A stretch of DNA of 62,002 nt, filler included, from Dugesia japonica (GCA_001938525.1; 5 parts of 5 records of this genome joined end to end with filler, not necessarily neighbours in it); one strand, 5' to 3'. Counted from the first letter of the whole stretch, positions 39,025 through 53,916 are shown. Program-made: numbers and translations. The notes: generated by a model not told the origin, from the letters alone.

Positions 39025-40399
39025 TTATCAAATATCAATAAAAAAACAAAAATCTTTGATAGAAGCTTTTATTTTAAATGAATTCTGTAAAACGATCAAT
39101 GGTTATTTCCAACATTGATTAACAAAAGTGAAGTTTATGTGAAATTTTAACAACGTAAATAAATGAGCTGTAGGAATAGATATTAATAAGAGTTAACAAG
39201 AACAAGAGNNNNNNNNNNNNNNNNNNNNNNNNNNNNNNNNNNNNNNNNNNNNTTAATTAATTAANNNNNNNNNNNNNNNNNNNNNNNNNNNNNNNNNNNN
39301 NNNNNNNNAAAATTAAAACTGCTTGTTAAAATCGAAATTTTTTAAAAAACAAAATGTTGAAATTAAAAAATAAAATTTTGAAATCCAACGACAACATGCT
39401 GAAATAGAACAAAAAATGGTATTTATATGGTTGTAACATAATTTTCCATGATTTTTTAATAATAATGTAAAACATTTATTTAGAACAATTCAATTTATAT
39501 TAATAACAAGTTAATCAATAATGTAATATTCCGTCATTATTTATGATCTGCTTTCACCTTAACATCATACTGTCGATACCATTTCGCCTGAATTCATTAC
39601 GTCTGGTTTTGAATAATATTTTTAATAACTTTTTAGTATCATCTAAAATTTTAAAAGTCAAAGATGTCATTTTGTGCCATTTCGGAACTTGACGAGCCAA
39701 TTTTTTGCAGTACCAGACCAATGAACCTTATCGGTTGTAATTACAAAGTAGCACCTCCTTACTCCGAGGGAAAAATTTTTTTCTGGGCAATTTTTTTATT
39801 CATGATAATTTAGTTGAAAATTTTTAAAAACTTTTCTATTTTTTTGAATTTCGACCAAAACATACACACGCAGAAGACTGGCAGATTTCCTCCCTTTTTT
39901 AAAATCATTTTACACATCATTGGAAACAAAATTTTACTTTCAATAAAAATATCACAGTTACATATACACGTCAAATTAAATGAAAATAACATTACAATTA
40001 TCCCAGAGGAATTATAGTATTAAAGTCTACCCTGAGGAACATTGTTATTGTAATCTCCTCCGAGGAACTTTAATATTCGTTGCTCCCCTGATTATCATTA
40101 TTATTGATAATTTTAGTTGAAAAAGCGAAAAAGTTTCGAATTTTTAGAAAATCCAGAATTTGTTAATTTTATTGCTTTTTACAATAACCATTTTTCAAAA
40201 GATTATCAAGTTATTGCATGCAACAGTGACATTTATGAATTTTTCATTGTATCAAAAGACGTAAAACGTTTCAAAAAAGAAGATTGAACGCATGTCCTAT
40301 AAAAATACTCATTAAAGATGAACATTTAAGTTTTACATTATCCTAGAAAACATGTGAAATTAAGTGTTTTATTAAATTTATTTCGGAAAAATATTTTTT

Positions 40400-42430
40400 G
40401 TTTTGGCTGGAGAATCTGAGGGGTGCTTTTGGCACAAGATTTTGCTTTGCTGTCTCCTTGAGGAAAAAAGCCAATTTGATTGTTTTAACTTACATATTGG
40501 CTTTCTAGATATAGCTGACGCTTTGGGCAGCATCACCATCAATTATATTCTTGGTTTACTTGATCGTATGGGCTTGTCAAAAGCGGCCGTTGGTTTGATT
40601 AGGAGCTTGTATACTGATTAATCAAGCTATTATATTTGTAATGGGACTTCTACCAATCCTATTGCAAACAGCAGAGGGGTTCGACAGGATTGCTCATTTT
40701 TAATATTACTTTTTAAAATTGGCATTAATCTAGTTAATAAGGAAATCTCAGACTCCTGGAGATGGAGTTCATTGTGCAGGTCATCCCATATCTGCCCTAG
40801 CTTATGTGGATGATCTTGCGTTGATTGCTTCTTTAAACGCCTCCTTTCAGGACATGATTGACGTTGCTGTTCACTTGACTTACTGGTCTTCCTTGGAGTT
40901 CCATCCGGATAAGTGTGCTTATCTTCCCTGTCCAGTGAGTAATTCGCTTGTTCCGATAGAAATTATAGGTGAAAGTATCCCTAAACTCTTTAATAAGGAT
41001 TTTTATCGTTATCTTGGGGTTGATTTCGGTTGTGGTCAATTTCAGACTCCATCTGACATGCTTGATAATTCTGTAAAAGATTTGAAGAAGATCAACAAAT
41101 CTATTCTCCATCCTTGGCAGAGGATCCAGGCATAAAAAACCTTTATTAATTCCAGATTTACTTTTGGCTTTAGGAACTTCAATATTCCGCGAGTAAGTTT
41201 GATGCTTTGGCCTACACAGAAATGGAGTGGTGCTTAGGTGGGGTAGATAGACGTATCAGTGAACAGGGAAGGACAATTCTTTTTATCTTACTGAATTCTG
41301 CTTATGAATACATATACAGCTCCAAAAACATGAAGAGGCGAGGGAGGCGTATGCATAACAATTAATTATTCAGGAATTGAAGATGCTTGTTTGTTGAGAT
41401 GTAATCGCTAAGGATATAGCTAAAAACGACCTTATTCATACTGCATTCAAACAACTTAATCATCCAAAACTGTGCACAATCGATGAGGTGCTCACATGGC
41501 TTCAGACTCATGTCACCTGCACGATCTCAAAATTCTGATGGTCAAAAATTCAGAAGTCAATTACCTATATGAAGAAAAAAACTGGGTTTTCAGATAAGAT
41601 TTCGGCACAATAAGATCGGAATCTGCCTTAAAATTGTTGATAATCTGTCTGCAGGAAATCACTCGGTGTTTTTAAAGGATAACGGAACAGTGACAAAACA
41701 TCCTGAGTTGGTCACATACTAGAAAGTAGAACGCTTGATTTAAACTTGGTCCCATTTGTACTTCAATTGGAGCGTTCCCACTCTCAAATAGTTTTTCTTA
41801 TGACGGGTCTATCTCTAAAGATTGTTGACGTTTCCTGTAAGATCTAATCTCGGTCTCAGAAATAAAGCCGGCAGAAGATGTGTCCTTCATGTTGAAACCC
41901 AAGCCAATGTCCTTTGCCGGCTTTTTGTATTATGCATCACAATGATGTTCTGGAACTTTTCGCGGACTTCGTCTGCCATAATACGAGTTTCAGAGTTATT
42001 GTTGACCGCTTATACGAATCCGTTAGCCGCACTAATTAAGTTGATTTACAACTGATCAATGTGGAAAGATGATATTACTCTATGTGAAAGTTTCTTATGA
42101 CACTTTTAACAATATTAAATTGGCTAGAGACAACAATATCAGGAAATACACACCATTTAAGGAAGACATTAAACTTAATCTTCAAAATGGAATGTCTACC
42201 TTGAAGACGATCTCAGTTGGATGTCTGGAATCGTGATGTGTTGGAAATGAGTTTGTCCTGAAATATGTTGATGACAAAGTCAATGTCATAAGTAATTTTC
42301 CACTTGTCAGTATAAGAATCTGCATCGCTTGGTCTGCAAAGAACTGGACATTTCACAGTGTACAAGTTATTATATCTGCTATAAAGGATGTCAGCGATAG
42401 TGAGTTCATTGTTGATAATTAAATTCAAAG
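40400..42430 (+). mobile_element. 5'-truncated non-LTR retrotransposon with restriction-like endonuclease (R2/NeSL-type)
   Basis: RT motifs FLDIADALGSI, RGVRQDC, LAYVDDLAL, YRYLGV; degenerate C-terminal CCHC (RRCVLHVETQANVLC), HNDVL and nuclease region. Confidence 0.85.
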
Positions 42431-42858
42431 GGTACTTTTTCCAAGGTTATTTCTTTGCGCCATTTCTTCTAAGTGTCTTCCTATTTTGTTGTTTTTCTAC
42501 AGCAATTCGCGTTTCTACTGTTTTACTCAATTTATTTGTAATGTCTTTTTATTAGTTCGACAAATTAACAATTTTGAAAAAAGGTAAAACAGTAACAAAA
42601 TGTAACAAAACCAGAGTAATTGGGATTTTGACAATGACCTAATTTCAAAGGATCATTTCGTGAACATGTGTAACTGTGTTTCTTATAATTTTTAAATTAC
42701 ATCAAAAGAATACTGGTTTCCTCTCTTATGTTAATTTTTGGTTTCCTCACAAATGGTCATTGAAGTTAATATTCTTACTGGTTGCTTTACTATAAAAATT
42801 TAATACTTTATTCTCCAAATTTTCTTTTTCTTTTTTGACTTTATTCTTCAGTAAGCTT

Positions 42859-43300
42859 CCATGCTTTAAGTTAGGGAAAGATAGACGTTAAGCAAGAATA
42901 ATAGTTGGAAAAGAAAAGTGTNNNNNNNNNNNNNNNNNNNNNNNNNNNNNNNNNNNNNNNNNNNNNNNNNNNNNNNNNNNNNNNNNNNNNNNNNNNNNNN
43001 NNNNNATTTACTAGAAGTTGATAAAAATGATCTAAAAATTACAAGAAGTCGATAAGGTTTTCATGCTTTAAGTTAGGGAAAAATGGATGTTAAGCAAGAT
43101 TACTAGTTAGAAAAGATAAGTATGAGAGAGCAAGTGATATTGAGAGAGGACAAGAAGGAGTGAGATAGTAAATATCTGATTTGATTGAAGTGACAGAAAT
43201 TTATCTGAAATTTACTGGAAATCTTGGAAATCTATCTTAAATTTTCTAGAAGTAGATAAAAACTATTTAAAAATTACTAGAAGTCAATAAAGTTTTCAAA
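42859..43300. repeat. Degenerate tandem duplication, possibly LTR-derived
   Basis: CATGCTTTAAGTTAGGGAAA...GTTAAGCAAGA at ~42860 and ~43062; CTAGAAGT.GATAAAA units at ~43010 and ~43246. Confidence 0.6.
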
Positions 43301-43339
43301 TTTTTTTACTGCATTAGACGCACAATATAAGTCCATTAC

Positions 43340-45475
43340 ATGTAGTGTTTCTCATTTCTCACCATTTTTAATTTCTCGAGAAAAGAAGTTATTAAAATAA
43401 AAATCTAATAAACTGAAGTTCGCATTTTTATTATACAACAAAATAAAAAATAGTAACGTAAAAATAAATTCAGAAACTTTTATATAAATGTATAAAAGGT
43501 TTTAAAAAACTACAATAAATTCAATTAGTTTTTTATATAAAAAAATTTGTTTTAGGAAACACAGAGGATCCAAAGTTGAATCTACCATTCTCGTTTTTTT
43601 TTGGTAACAAAAGCTGTTGAAATTGAAAAATTCTGCTAATTTTGCGTGGAAGTTCGTTAAATGGTCAGCAGTGCATCCAAAAGATTCAGCAAATTTGAGG
43701 TTCTCTTCCCATTTGCTTCAAATATTTTAAATTTCTTTTTTAATGATTGACATTTGCCAGCATTTGGACTTCAATATTCTTTTAAGCTTTCCAAAATTGC
43801 AAAATTTAGTTGTTGCTGTAAACCTGTCTCTTCTTCTCGATCTGGATATTCCTCAATATTTTCAGTTTCACCAGTTTCTTCAGTATTATTGTTTTCAATT
43901 GGTTTTAATTTCAACAATTCTAGATGATATAGATTTAGTCAATTTATATATATATATATATCTATATATATATATATATATCTTTTCTTGGTACCATGTC
44001 AAAAAAGTTTTGATATTTTCTAATGTATTTGATTGTTTTTTCGATTTGGGGTTGCAAATCAACACCAAAGTCTTCCACAACTTCTATATCGGAGTCGTCA
44101 GAGTTTTTATTTGCATTTCCTGAATATTCTATCTCAGATTCGCAATCAGATTCAGGTTCCTCTATACTAGCAAAATTATCATATTGCCCCTTCTTGATAT
44201 AAAAAACATTTAGAACAGCCAAATGCAACCCATGATTGTAACAAAATTGGTGAAATTGAGAAGATAATCTTCCAAATTTTTGAATCACAGCAGCACCATC
44301 ACTCATTTAAGCTACTATATCGTCATTAAATATGATATTAAATGATTTTAATTTTTCTGTTACTAATTACAATGCTTTTTCTGCAGGGCAACTACCAACC
44401 ACAGGAACCATTCCCAAATTGTGCGAAACTTTGTTTTGATAATAACGAAGTACATTCATATATCTTTTGTTTTTCACGCTGGTCCATTCATCAATTAATA
44501 TACTGAATTTTTTAATATTATCTTTGTGTTTAATTATTTTTTGAATTAGTTGTTTTTTAATATCTTCATAAAAATTCAGCATTAATTTCATTACTTTGGT
44601 GAAGTTTTGTGGTAAATTAAATCCTTTGTTACTCATAGATGTTTTAATGAATTCACTTTTGTAATTCTGTGAAAAGATATTCCATCAACAGCTGCAAACT
44701 TTGAAACTAATTGACCCATAATTGGTCATTGTTAGAACCATTCAACTTCTGGATTATCTTCGTACCTGTATCTTCTTGCATTTTTGAAGGTACTTCGCCC
44801 ATCATTGTTTTCTTCTTTTTTATACTCATGTACACTTTCAAGATGCCTGCTCAGACCAATAATCGCCGATCTATTTTTTGAAAGTGATTTAAGACATATC
44901 TTACATATTGCCAAATCTTTATAACTTTCACTTTTTCTAAAATGTTCTCAACAGTCTTGGTAAATTTTACTCATTTTATGCGTGTATGGCTTCCTTTTTT
45001 TTAATTAACAATATTTACAAACAATATTTATAATAAAGCAATTTCCTACCTTAAATTTTAATATTTTACAAGGCAGTTATAGTTATATGGTTTCCTTTTT
45101 TCAATTAAAAATATGTTTACATACAAAATTCTAATTATCATTTGACTAAAACAACACTATTATCTTCAATTTGTTATTGCACAATGTAATTAGTTAAATA
45201 ATTGCTCAAAACTGATAATTTGTTTATTATAATAACTATACTCTCGGTAATTCACCGACTTATTAAGTGTGGAACGACAGCTGAGGTATGAGAAATGAGA
45301 CAATGATGAATATGAAAACAGAACACAGAACACCAAGTTATTAAAGCTTTAAGAATTTTCCAAAATAACAAAATTTTATCAAATAATGCACAATTATACT
45401 TTTATTTTTTGCAAATTTCTCTCGAGACATCCTTCTTGGGAAATTCTCGAGAAAATGGAAAAATTATACAAGTGT
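43340..45475 (-). mobile_element. hAT transposon with BED finger, decayed
   Basis: BED finger AICKICLK...LSRHLESVH; catalytic FSILIDEWTS, SDGAAV, CYNHGLHLAV; subterminal TTCTCGAGAA motifs at both ends. Confidence 0.88.
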
Positions 45476-47344
45476 AAAATTAGTGCAATATGACTACTGA
45501 GGAAGAGTAATTAATTAAATTTTGTATAGTAAATCAAATTTTTATAGTTAAATTTTAAGCAATTAAATTCTAGTTTTAAAACAAGTAATTAATCCAACAA
45601 TTTGTCTATTCTTTCCAACTGGATTATTGTGAATATTTATTAATATGTAATACAAATTATTACTTGCAATTCCAAAGTGAAAATAATTCAATTAATAAAA
45701 AAAGCCATTTTCATAGATTTGAAAAGATTGGCAGCTAATATTTCATGTGATATCAACAGTTTTGTTACAAAAACTAGTATCAAATTTAATTATTAAAACA
45801 AAATATGTAATGCTACATTTGTCTAAAATAATGAAATTTTCTACAAAATATTATTCAATGCATTGATTAACCTTGTCATCACTTTTCAACATTTTTGCAA
45901 ATTTTAATGAATGAATATTTTATTTGAAAATTAGGCTATTTATAGTTCTTGAAAAAATTTTCAATAATAATAATAATAATNNNNNNNNNNNNNNNNNNNN
46001 NNNNNNNNNNNNNNNNNNNNNNNNNNNNNNAAATTATAAAACGTAGTACAATAAGTTCATTTGGCCTGGAAACTGAACATTGCATTAAATATAAATTTCA
46101 ATTTATTTTCATAATGGAGATTAATTTTTTCCCAATTATTTTAATAAAAACACCTGTTGGCACATGTTTACAATATTTTGAAAGTAATGAAATCATAATA
46201 TAAAAATGTTGATATTATAATCAATAGAAAAAAATAATTTCTTCTCGTTTTGTTATAAATTGCTTAGTAACATGCGGTATCCTTTTAAATTGATTTTAGT
46301 ATTTGATATATACACTGGATCACATTCGGATCACATTTTTCCACGATAGCCAAATTTGTACAAATGAATGTAGGCTTTATTCAAATTTTCGATGATAGGT
46401 TCATAAACTTCTTCACTTTCATTTTGAATATCAATTTTCTCTAGACAGGAATTCGTTGTGAGAAGCAATTAACTCGTTAACATCTTCGTCATTTGAATCA
46501 AAATTTAAATGTTCTCATTAGATCAATTATTTCAACTGTAGTAGTTTACGAAGTTTCTTTAAAGTTTAAAATATCATTCATAATTTCTGAGAATAATTGA
46601 TTCTATGAAATTTCATTGCAAACACTTTTATTTAAACTCACGAGCCTCCAATATTTCATTTCAAATATTATATTTGTAAGAAATAACCCATACCTTACGA
46701 AATTTTTAAATTTTACAGTGTATTAAAATTATTATAGCATATTAAAATTTATCCTTAAAATTATTTAGTGTATATTTTTATTTGAAAGTTAATTAAATGT
46801 ATTAAGATTTAATATTAAAATTAATGAATATTTACTTTCAAAATATATTATTATTATTATTATAAAAATATATTATTTTTGAATTTCAGATGTATGAATA
46901 TTTTAAATAAATTGTTTTATATGAAATTTTGATATGAGTTTATCTGTTTGAATATAATGAATATTAATCTTTTTAACTTTTAACAAAAACAAACTCAACT
47001 TGTATTTGATAAAAATTATTAATGAGAGTTGAGGCATTGATAATCTAACTAATATGACGACCATTGCGTCACTGGATTTGCTAAAGAAACTAATTCATCA
47101 TGGGACTTTCAGAATGAGCGATGATGTCGAAAGGTTTATTATGAATATGAGGAAATAATTATTATTTAATAATTTTGAGTCAATGGAATTTGAGTTAATT
47201 CTGGAAAAAGATTTTTAAGCTACTATTCTATTATCATTTCTCTTATTAAATTTAGAGTTGAAGTAGAAAAATAAATAATGTCTAAAAATATTAGTTCTGA
47301 TTTGAATAACCAATTACCAATTGAAGATTTACCTAACAATGAAG

Positions 47345-48230
47345 ATAACAAAATATTTTGATTTTTACAAAAGTAAAGAAAAGCCTTAGAAGATTATTGG
47401 TTGTTGCTTTTCTAGATAAAGAAAATTGAGAAATTTATGAGAATGAAGAGGAAGCATTAGGATTCGAAGAAAGATTTAGCACACCTTTCTTCAAGCCGTA
47501 GTCAATGCTTAAAGATTTTGAAGAAAGAATTTAGATAATGTAAGTATCTATAGAAAAAAGATAGAAGAAATAGTAGAAAAGTTATTGGCTCACAAATGGA
47601 ACAAAGAATATTTAACAAAGGAGTTAATAACGAGTAATTGTGATGACAAAAAGTTAAAACAAAATCATATCAGTGAAAATATAAAAATTAAAGTAGTTAT
47701 TCAAAACAATGAAAGAGTGGTAAAACATAAAAGACGAAGTAAAAATTGAGGAGAAGATGTTGTACATAACTACAGAAATGCAGTGCGCAGAAGTCCTGAA
47801 CTAAGAAGATTTAACAAGAATCGTAACGAAGAGATAAAACAGAACAGAAACAAAGAAAGACGAGAAATCACATATTGGACCTGAAACAAGATAGGTCATT
47901 TANNNNNNNNNNNNNNNNNNNNNNNNNNNNNNNNNNNNNNNNNNNTATGCACAACACTTAAAAAGAGACTGTACTAAAATTAGTTGCTCAAAATGCAACA
48001 AGAAAGGAAGCCACATAAAGGACTGTTACACAAATATGAACAGGCAGTTTAATTATCAAAATAGGAGTGAACATGTTAAAAAAAAGAATTTTGAAATGAC
48101 AAACAAAGATATTTTTGGAACAATACGCATAACAACATGAAAAGGATTAGAGTTTATGTTAATACAATTGAAGAAAATAAAAGACATTGTACATGTAGAG
48201 ATGATAAAGAATAATGGTATAAGGAAAGAA
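47345..48230 (+). mobile_element. Gypsy gag remnant
   Basis: Purine-rich degraded coding sequence with knuckle CSKCNKKGSHIKDC (~47985-48026). Confidence 0.6.
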
Positions 48231-49967
48231 NNNNNNNNNNNNNNNNNNNNNNNNNNNNNNNNNNNNNNNNNNNNTTAATTAATTAANNNNNNNNNNNNNN
48301 NNNNNNNNNNNNNNNNNNNNNNNNNNNNNNTATTATTATATAGCCCTATATACACCCATTGCAATAGACAAATGATTACAAACTTAAAATAAGTTGATTT
48401 AACCCGGCAGTTTAGAATTTTGGTATAAAAATAGAGGCCAAAATGTTTAAAAACATGATAATCGGTAGGTTGGAGGATGTTGCAAAATTTAGTTCGAATT
48501 CTAGATCTATTAATATTTTGCTCACACTAAATAAAACTTAATTTAACCGTGTCGAATCAGATTCAGAGAATTTTTTTAATGTCTATTTTTGAAATAAAAA
48601 TGCAGTATTTTTATACCAAATGAATATCTTTCGTTTTATTGAGGAAATTTCAAAGCAACCACATTTTACTATAAAATTCAAAAACAAATTGGTTTAATGA
48701 GACAATTAAATGACAACTAGGTCATTTTCATCATATTCTGGAATTTCTAAAACAATAATATCAGTGGATTTAGATGTATAAAGGCTGACACAACAAAAGA
48801 TAATCAAATAATATCATAATAACTGGACAGAGACCTAAAGATTTTTTAATAAATTTTAAGAAAAATACTCGATAGTTATCTAATTTGAAATTGATAATTT
48901 AATTTTCATGTCCAGATAGAACATAAAAGATTAAAAGCGTCTAATTCGTTAACAAGTGAAAAATTGTACAGTTTTATAATTTCAGCATTGGCGCCAAAAT
49001 TAATCGCTTTAACTGATAACTATTGTAACAATATAAGTATAAAGCTAATTTTCTTTAATAAATTTACTGATTTTTAATAGGTTGACTTTGATAAATTGAT
49101 TGATTTTTTGATAATTCAATTAATTATTAATAAATTTATTAATTTTCAAAAATTCTTTAATAATTTCTCTACAATTAATGATAATTTATAAAAATATTCA
49201 TTTTGTAAAACATAATAGCAATATTAGTGATTGCCTGTTAGGCAATTATCATTTTTCATTGTAACATTATTTTTAATAATTAAGTTAATTCTAATAATTT
49301 TTTTCTGTAAATTTTATTACTCAAATGTTCTTGTAAAATTTCCTAAGATTTGCGTTTAAAATCTTAAAAAAAACTAATACTCAAATATCATTGATTACGT
49401 AATTAATTGGATTTATTTTGCGTATATTAATGGGTTTATAAATTTTTGATAATTTATTGATTTTTTTTAAAGATAACCATTTAAAATATTAATAATAAAA
49501 CTAAAAACAAAATCAAATTTAATTTTTATAATCTATATAGTATTGACTTGATAACAATAAAAATAAAAATAATGCCTAATCAAAAAATTGTCTGTTATAA
49601 TTTACTAAACATAGATTATTTAAATCAAAAAAATTAAATAATAAAATCCATTATGGATTTACATGAATTTGATTAAACTATTAATTAATAAATAATCTAT
49701 TAATCAGAAATTTTATCTATTCGTTTTATAAAAAATCGATACATACAAAGTCTAATGATTTTATTAGTCATTTTTCGTTCTGTTGGTGAGGCAATAAAAA
49801 ATATTCTCCATGTCAATGACTTTTTATCATCAGAATTTATCAGAAACAAAAGATACCATTATTCTTCTATAAATCTTCAAATCTAAAAACCTTAGTGTGA
49901 TTTCGGTGCGATTCTAATTTTCGATGTTTTTAACTATTAATTTTGTATCCAGACAGAATAGTTAAAA

Positions 49968-50033
<66 letters not shown>

Positions 50034-50083
50034 NNNNNNNNNNNNNNNNNNNNNNNNNNNNNNNNNNNNNNNNNNNNNNNNNN

Positions 50084-50149
<66 letters not shown>

Positions 50150-50269
50150 TCAAATTTATAACAAATTTACTTGAATTTCAAAAAAAAAAAATTCAGAAAA
50201 CAAACCAATTATAACAAAAAATGTTTGTTTAAAACTCCATTTTTACATTTGATTATACTCAGGATTGAA

Positions 50270-52000
50270 TAAGGACATACTATCAAAGAAGAAGCGTTGT
50301 TGTCAGTATTCATTGGACTATCTCTCATATGGATTTGTTAAAGCTCTTAATTATGAAGCTATCAAGCACATTTAAATACTATGTACTCAGACAAAAAAGG
50401 ATAACCCACTGTATTATTTTAAAATTAGGTATAAGCAATTCAAGAAACGGCAAGCAATTACGATAAGTTTTCAAAAAAGTAATGTAAAAGTAGTAGACGG
50501 ACTGGTCGCATCCTACTATGTTTTTGAACTCAAATCAAAGTGTGGTAAACCTGATAATATTGCTGAAGCACTCATCTTATCAAATTATTAGAACTACGAT
50601 GAACCAGAATCCAACCAAGGTTCTCAAAGTTTTACCACTAAGTGACACTAATGTTTAGAGATGTATTGATAAAATGGCAGTAGATATAGAAAGGCAACTG
50701 GTTGCAATCTTGAGAGCCACTAAATTTTCATTGCGGAGAAATGAATCTACTTTACCTGGTAATGAAGCTTTGTTTATGGTGCATGTCAAATATCTTTCTT
50801 GACATGAAGCATGTTACTTTTAACAACATAGTTCTCCGCACAGCTGATGGTGAACCTGCGGTGGTTGGCGGTTATCTTGAATTCTTAGCACATTTGAAAA
50901 CTTCAACTCCTAGCATTTACCATTCATTGTGATACACAAATACAACACCTTGTAGCTAAGCAGTTAAGTGAGAATCTATACTTTTCATTAGAAACTATTA
51001 TCCGTGATGTAAACAAGATCAGTAGTAATTCTCTGAAGGATAACCTCATTTGTCAATTGAGAAAAAAACAATGATAAACAACAAAACCTTCTTCATACTG
51101 CAGTTCGTTGGTTGTAAACGGTAACTAATTGGCAAGATTTATAGAATTATTTTACAGTATCCTACTATTCTTTGACTTAAATGGTGACATCAACCTTTAT
51201 GAGGAATTAATAGCTGAAAAAAATATGTTCTACATTGCAGTAAAAAATTAAATTGTGCCATTAATCAATTCTAAGAAGACCATTGTCACATTTATTCGAA
51301 GGTTGGCATTGTACCAAAAGAATATACTTGGGCGAGAATCTTATCAATTTCCAATACTGGACTTAGTTAGTGAAGAAATCATTGCTAATAACATTGAGAA
51401 ATTTGGAAAGCATCTGAAATCATTGGAAACTGACGTGTCGGCGCAGTTTGCGATTTGATTAAGCTGTAAGTACCTGCATGGAAGATTGGCCCATTAAAGG
51501 CAACTGTTCTGTAATTGCTGAGGAATTCAAGAAAAATTGTTAGAATTGCAAAATTATGAGGCTGCACATGTCTTTTACAGTAAAATTAGTAAATTTGGAA
51601 AGTCAAAGAAATATTGGCAATCCAATAGTCTTAATCCAAACTTATGAAAAAAATGAAATTGATAATATTGGCGTTTTCTACATCTTACCGCGTCAAGTGG
51701 TATTCAGTGCAGTAACTAATCTCCTCAAAAATCTGGATATTACTAAGAAACGTGATGTGAAACTACTTCTCATCCACTTAAAACCAGACATAAAGTCTTT
51801 GACATCCAAACACCAAGCGCATGGTCTCATTGACTCCAAAATCTCTAACACTGTCGTATCAGTCATATAGCATTCTGTCGTGTTAGTAAACAGTATTTGA
51901 ATTTTAATTAGTTTCGTAAGTGTTAGTTGGGGGTAGACTTATTTATAGATGGAAATATAGCGAAAGTGGACTTTAGTCTAAAAACGTTTAAAAGCCACTG
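50270..52000 (+). mobile_element. hAT transposon of the Buster/ZBED5 type, decayed
   Basis: QYSLDYLSYGF, GKPDNIAEALI, LPLSDT, TADGEPAVVG, LLHTAVRWL, KPDIKSLTSKHQAH; right end AAAAGCCACTG. Confidence 0.85.
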
Positions 52001-52559
52001 ATTTAAACTCTCCTCAGTTTTGATAAAAGTAAAAGAGAGAGACCATGAATGATGAATATGTCCGTTAGTCATTTTACTTTTTTATGTCATAAAAACTGGC
52101 AGGATTTGTAAACAAACCGGTGTCAGTTTTCTTTCTATATATTTCTGTTTCATAGCAGGCATTTTTTCTTCAATAAACAAATCAAGAAATGAAATAGTTA
52201 AATGATCTCTTTTACAGCCGTAGAGCTAATGTTGGAGCTAATGGGGATCCCATCGCCGCACCATTATCATTAAAATAAATTGAACATTCAATGTTGAAAC
52301 AGTTAAAAGATCACGAAACGCTCTATCATCTAAAGATGATTTATTAGGATTATACTCACTTCATATTTCACAACAGAAATAGTCTATAGTCTCTTTTAAT
52401 GGAACATTAATAAATAAACTTGTTACATCAAATGCGACTATGAAACAATCCATGAATCAGTCGATGAATACTGAGAAATAAAAGATGAAAATTTACTAAT
52501 GTCTTTGACCTAAAATTAATCTTCAAATAAAGGCTTAGTAAGATCATTCAACAATTTGG

Positions 52560-53790
52560 CAACTTTATATTGTTTTTATTATGAATGAAACAGGACGCAT
52601 AGGAACATTTTTCTCTTGAACTTTAAGAAGTCCATAGAGTTTTCCAGGTTTGAAGCTCTTGGGCGTAATTTCTCACAAATACCTTTTATTAATGTTACTA
52701 TATTTTATAATTAAAATAATAACATTACTAAAGATATTTTTGCAGCATTGAATGTTCAATTACTTTTTAAGGATGAATAGTATAGGCAATTTGGTGGTGT
52801 GGCTATGGGATCCCCATTAGCTCCAACATTAGCTTTTTTTTTCTTGTCTAAATTAGAGAGTAATATTAATGATTATTCTTCTGTTAAGCCTTTAGTTTAT
52901 AGACGTTATGTCGATATCATTTTTCTTGTTTTTGAAAATCGCTCCCAAGTTCATTCGCTTTTGGAGTATATGAATAACTTGCATCCAAATATAGGCTTTG
53001 CGGTTAAAAAAAAGAGATCAATTTAACTATTCCGTTTCTTGATATTCTTATTGAAAATAAGAATGCCTACTTTGAAACAGAAATATATAGAAAGACAACT
53101 GATACAAATTATGCCAGTTATTGTGACAAAAAATAATAGTAATACAATTAAAGGACTAATTCATCGTTCTTGGTCTCTCCCTTCTACTTTTATCAAAGCA
53201 GATAAGAGTTTAAATAAATTAATTGAATTACTTTATAATAATGGGTATTCTAAATTGTTTACAGATAAAGTAGTCTTTGAAACTTTGTATAAATTAAATA
53301 TTAATTTACCTCATGCTAGCGTGTTTGATGTTGTAGAAACAATTTCTAAAATTTGTTTATCTTTAACTTATTCTGAAGGCTTTAAAAAATTTAAACTTTC
53401 AATTGAAAATGATCTCAAGGATATTTTAAATATAAAAGTTGTATCTCAATCTCATAAGGTTGTAAATATGTTCAATAATAAATCTTTAACCCCTTTAGGC
53501 TTATGCTCTGATCTGGTCTCTCAATTTAAATGTAATGGGTGTAACGCCAAATACATGGGGAGACTTCCAGTCATCTCTGTACCAGAGTACAATAGGGGAA
53601 TAGTAATATTGTTGAGAATCGAAGAAAATTAATAAATTCAAAGGGTTGTTTGATTTTAAAGTCTTGTGCAGTGGATTTAATAATTATCAGAAGAAAGTGA
53701 TGTGTGAAGCTTTGTGGATAAGGGTGTTAAATCCTAAAATTAATGTTCAGTTGTCAGATTCAACATAACTTGTAAAATTATTTTATTGAT
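52560..53790 (+). mobile_element. Penelope-like retroelement (RT plus GIY-YIG), decayed
   Basis: GVAMGSPLAPTLA, YRRYVDIIF, NNLHPNI, FKCNGCNAKYMG, CEALWIRVLNPKIN. Confidence 0.9.
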
Positions 53791-53859
53791 TATTTATTGA
53801 GATTGCACAATTGAAATTATATAATGATTTAAACGTTTTAAATAGTTTTGTTTTTATTT

Positions 53860-53916
<57 letters not shown>

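Noticed and set aside
39990-40090. Spaced GAGGAA repeats resembling a CRISPR-like array
   Set aside because: Only three short degenerate units in a eukaryotic context; more likely transposon subterminal repeats.
49943-50161. Poly-I/N/L/Y ORFs (also 23313-23564 and the tail of 56202-56399)
   Set aside because: Translations of (AAT)n microsatellites and N gaps.
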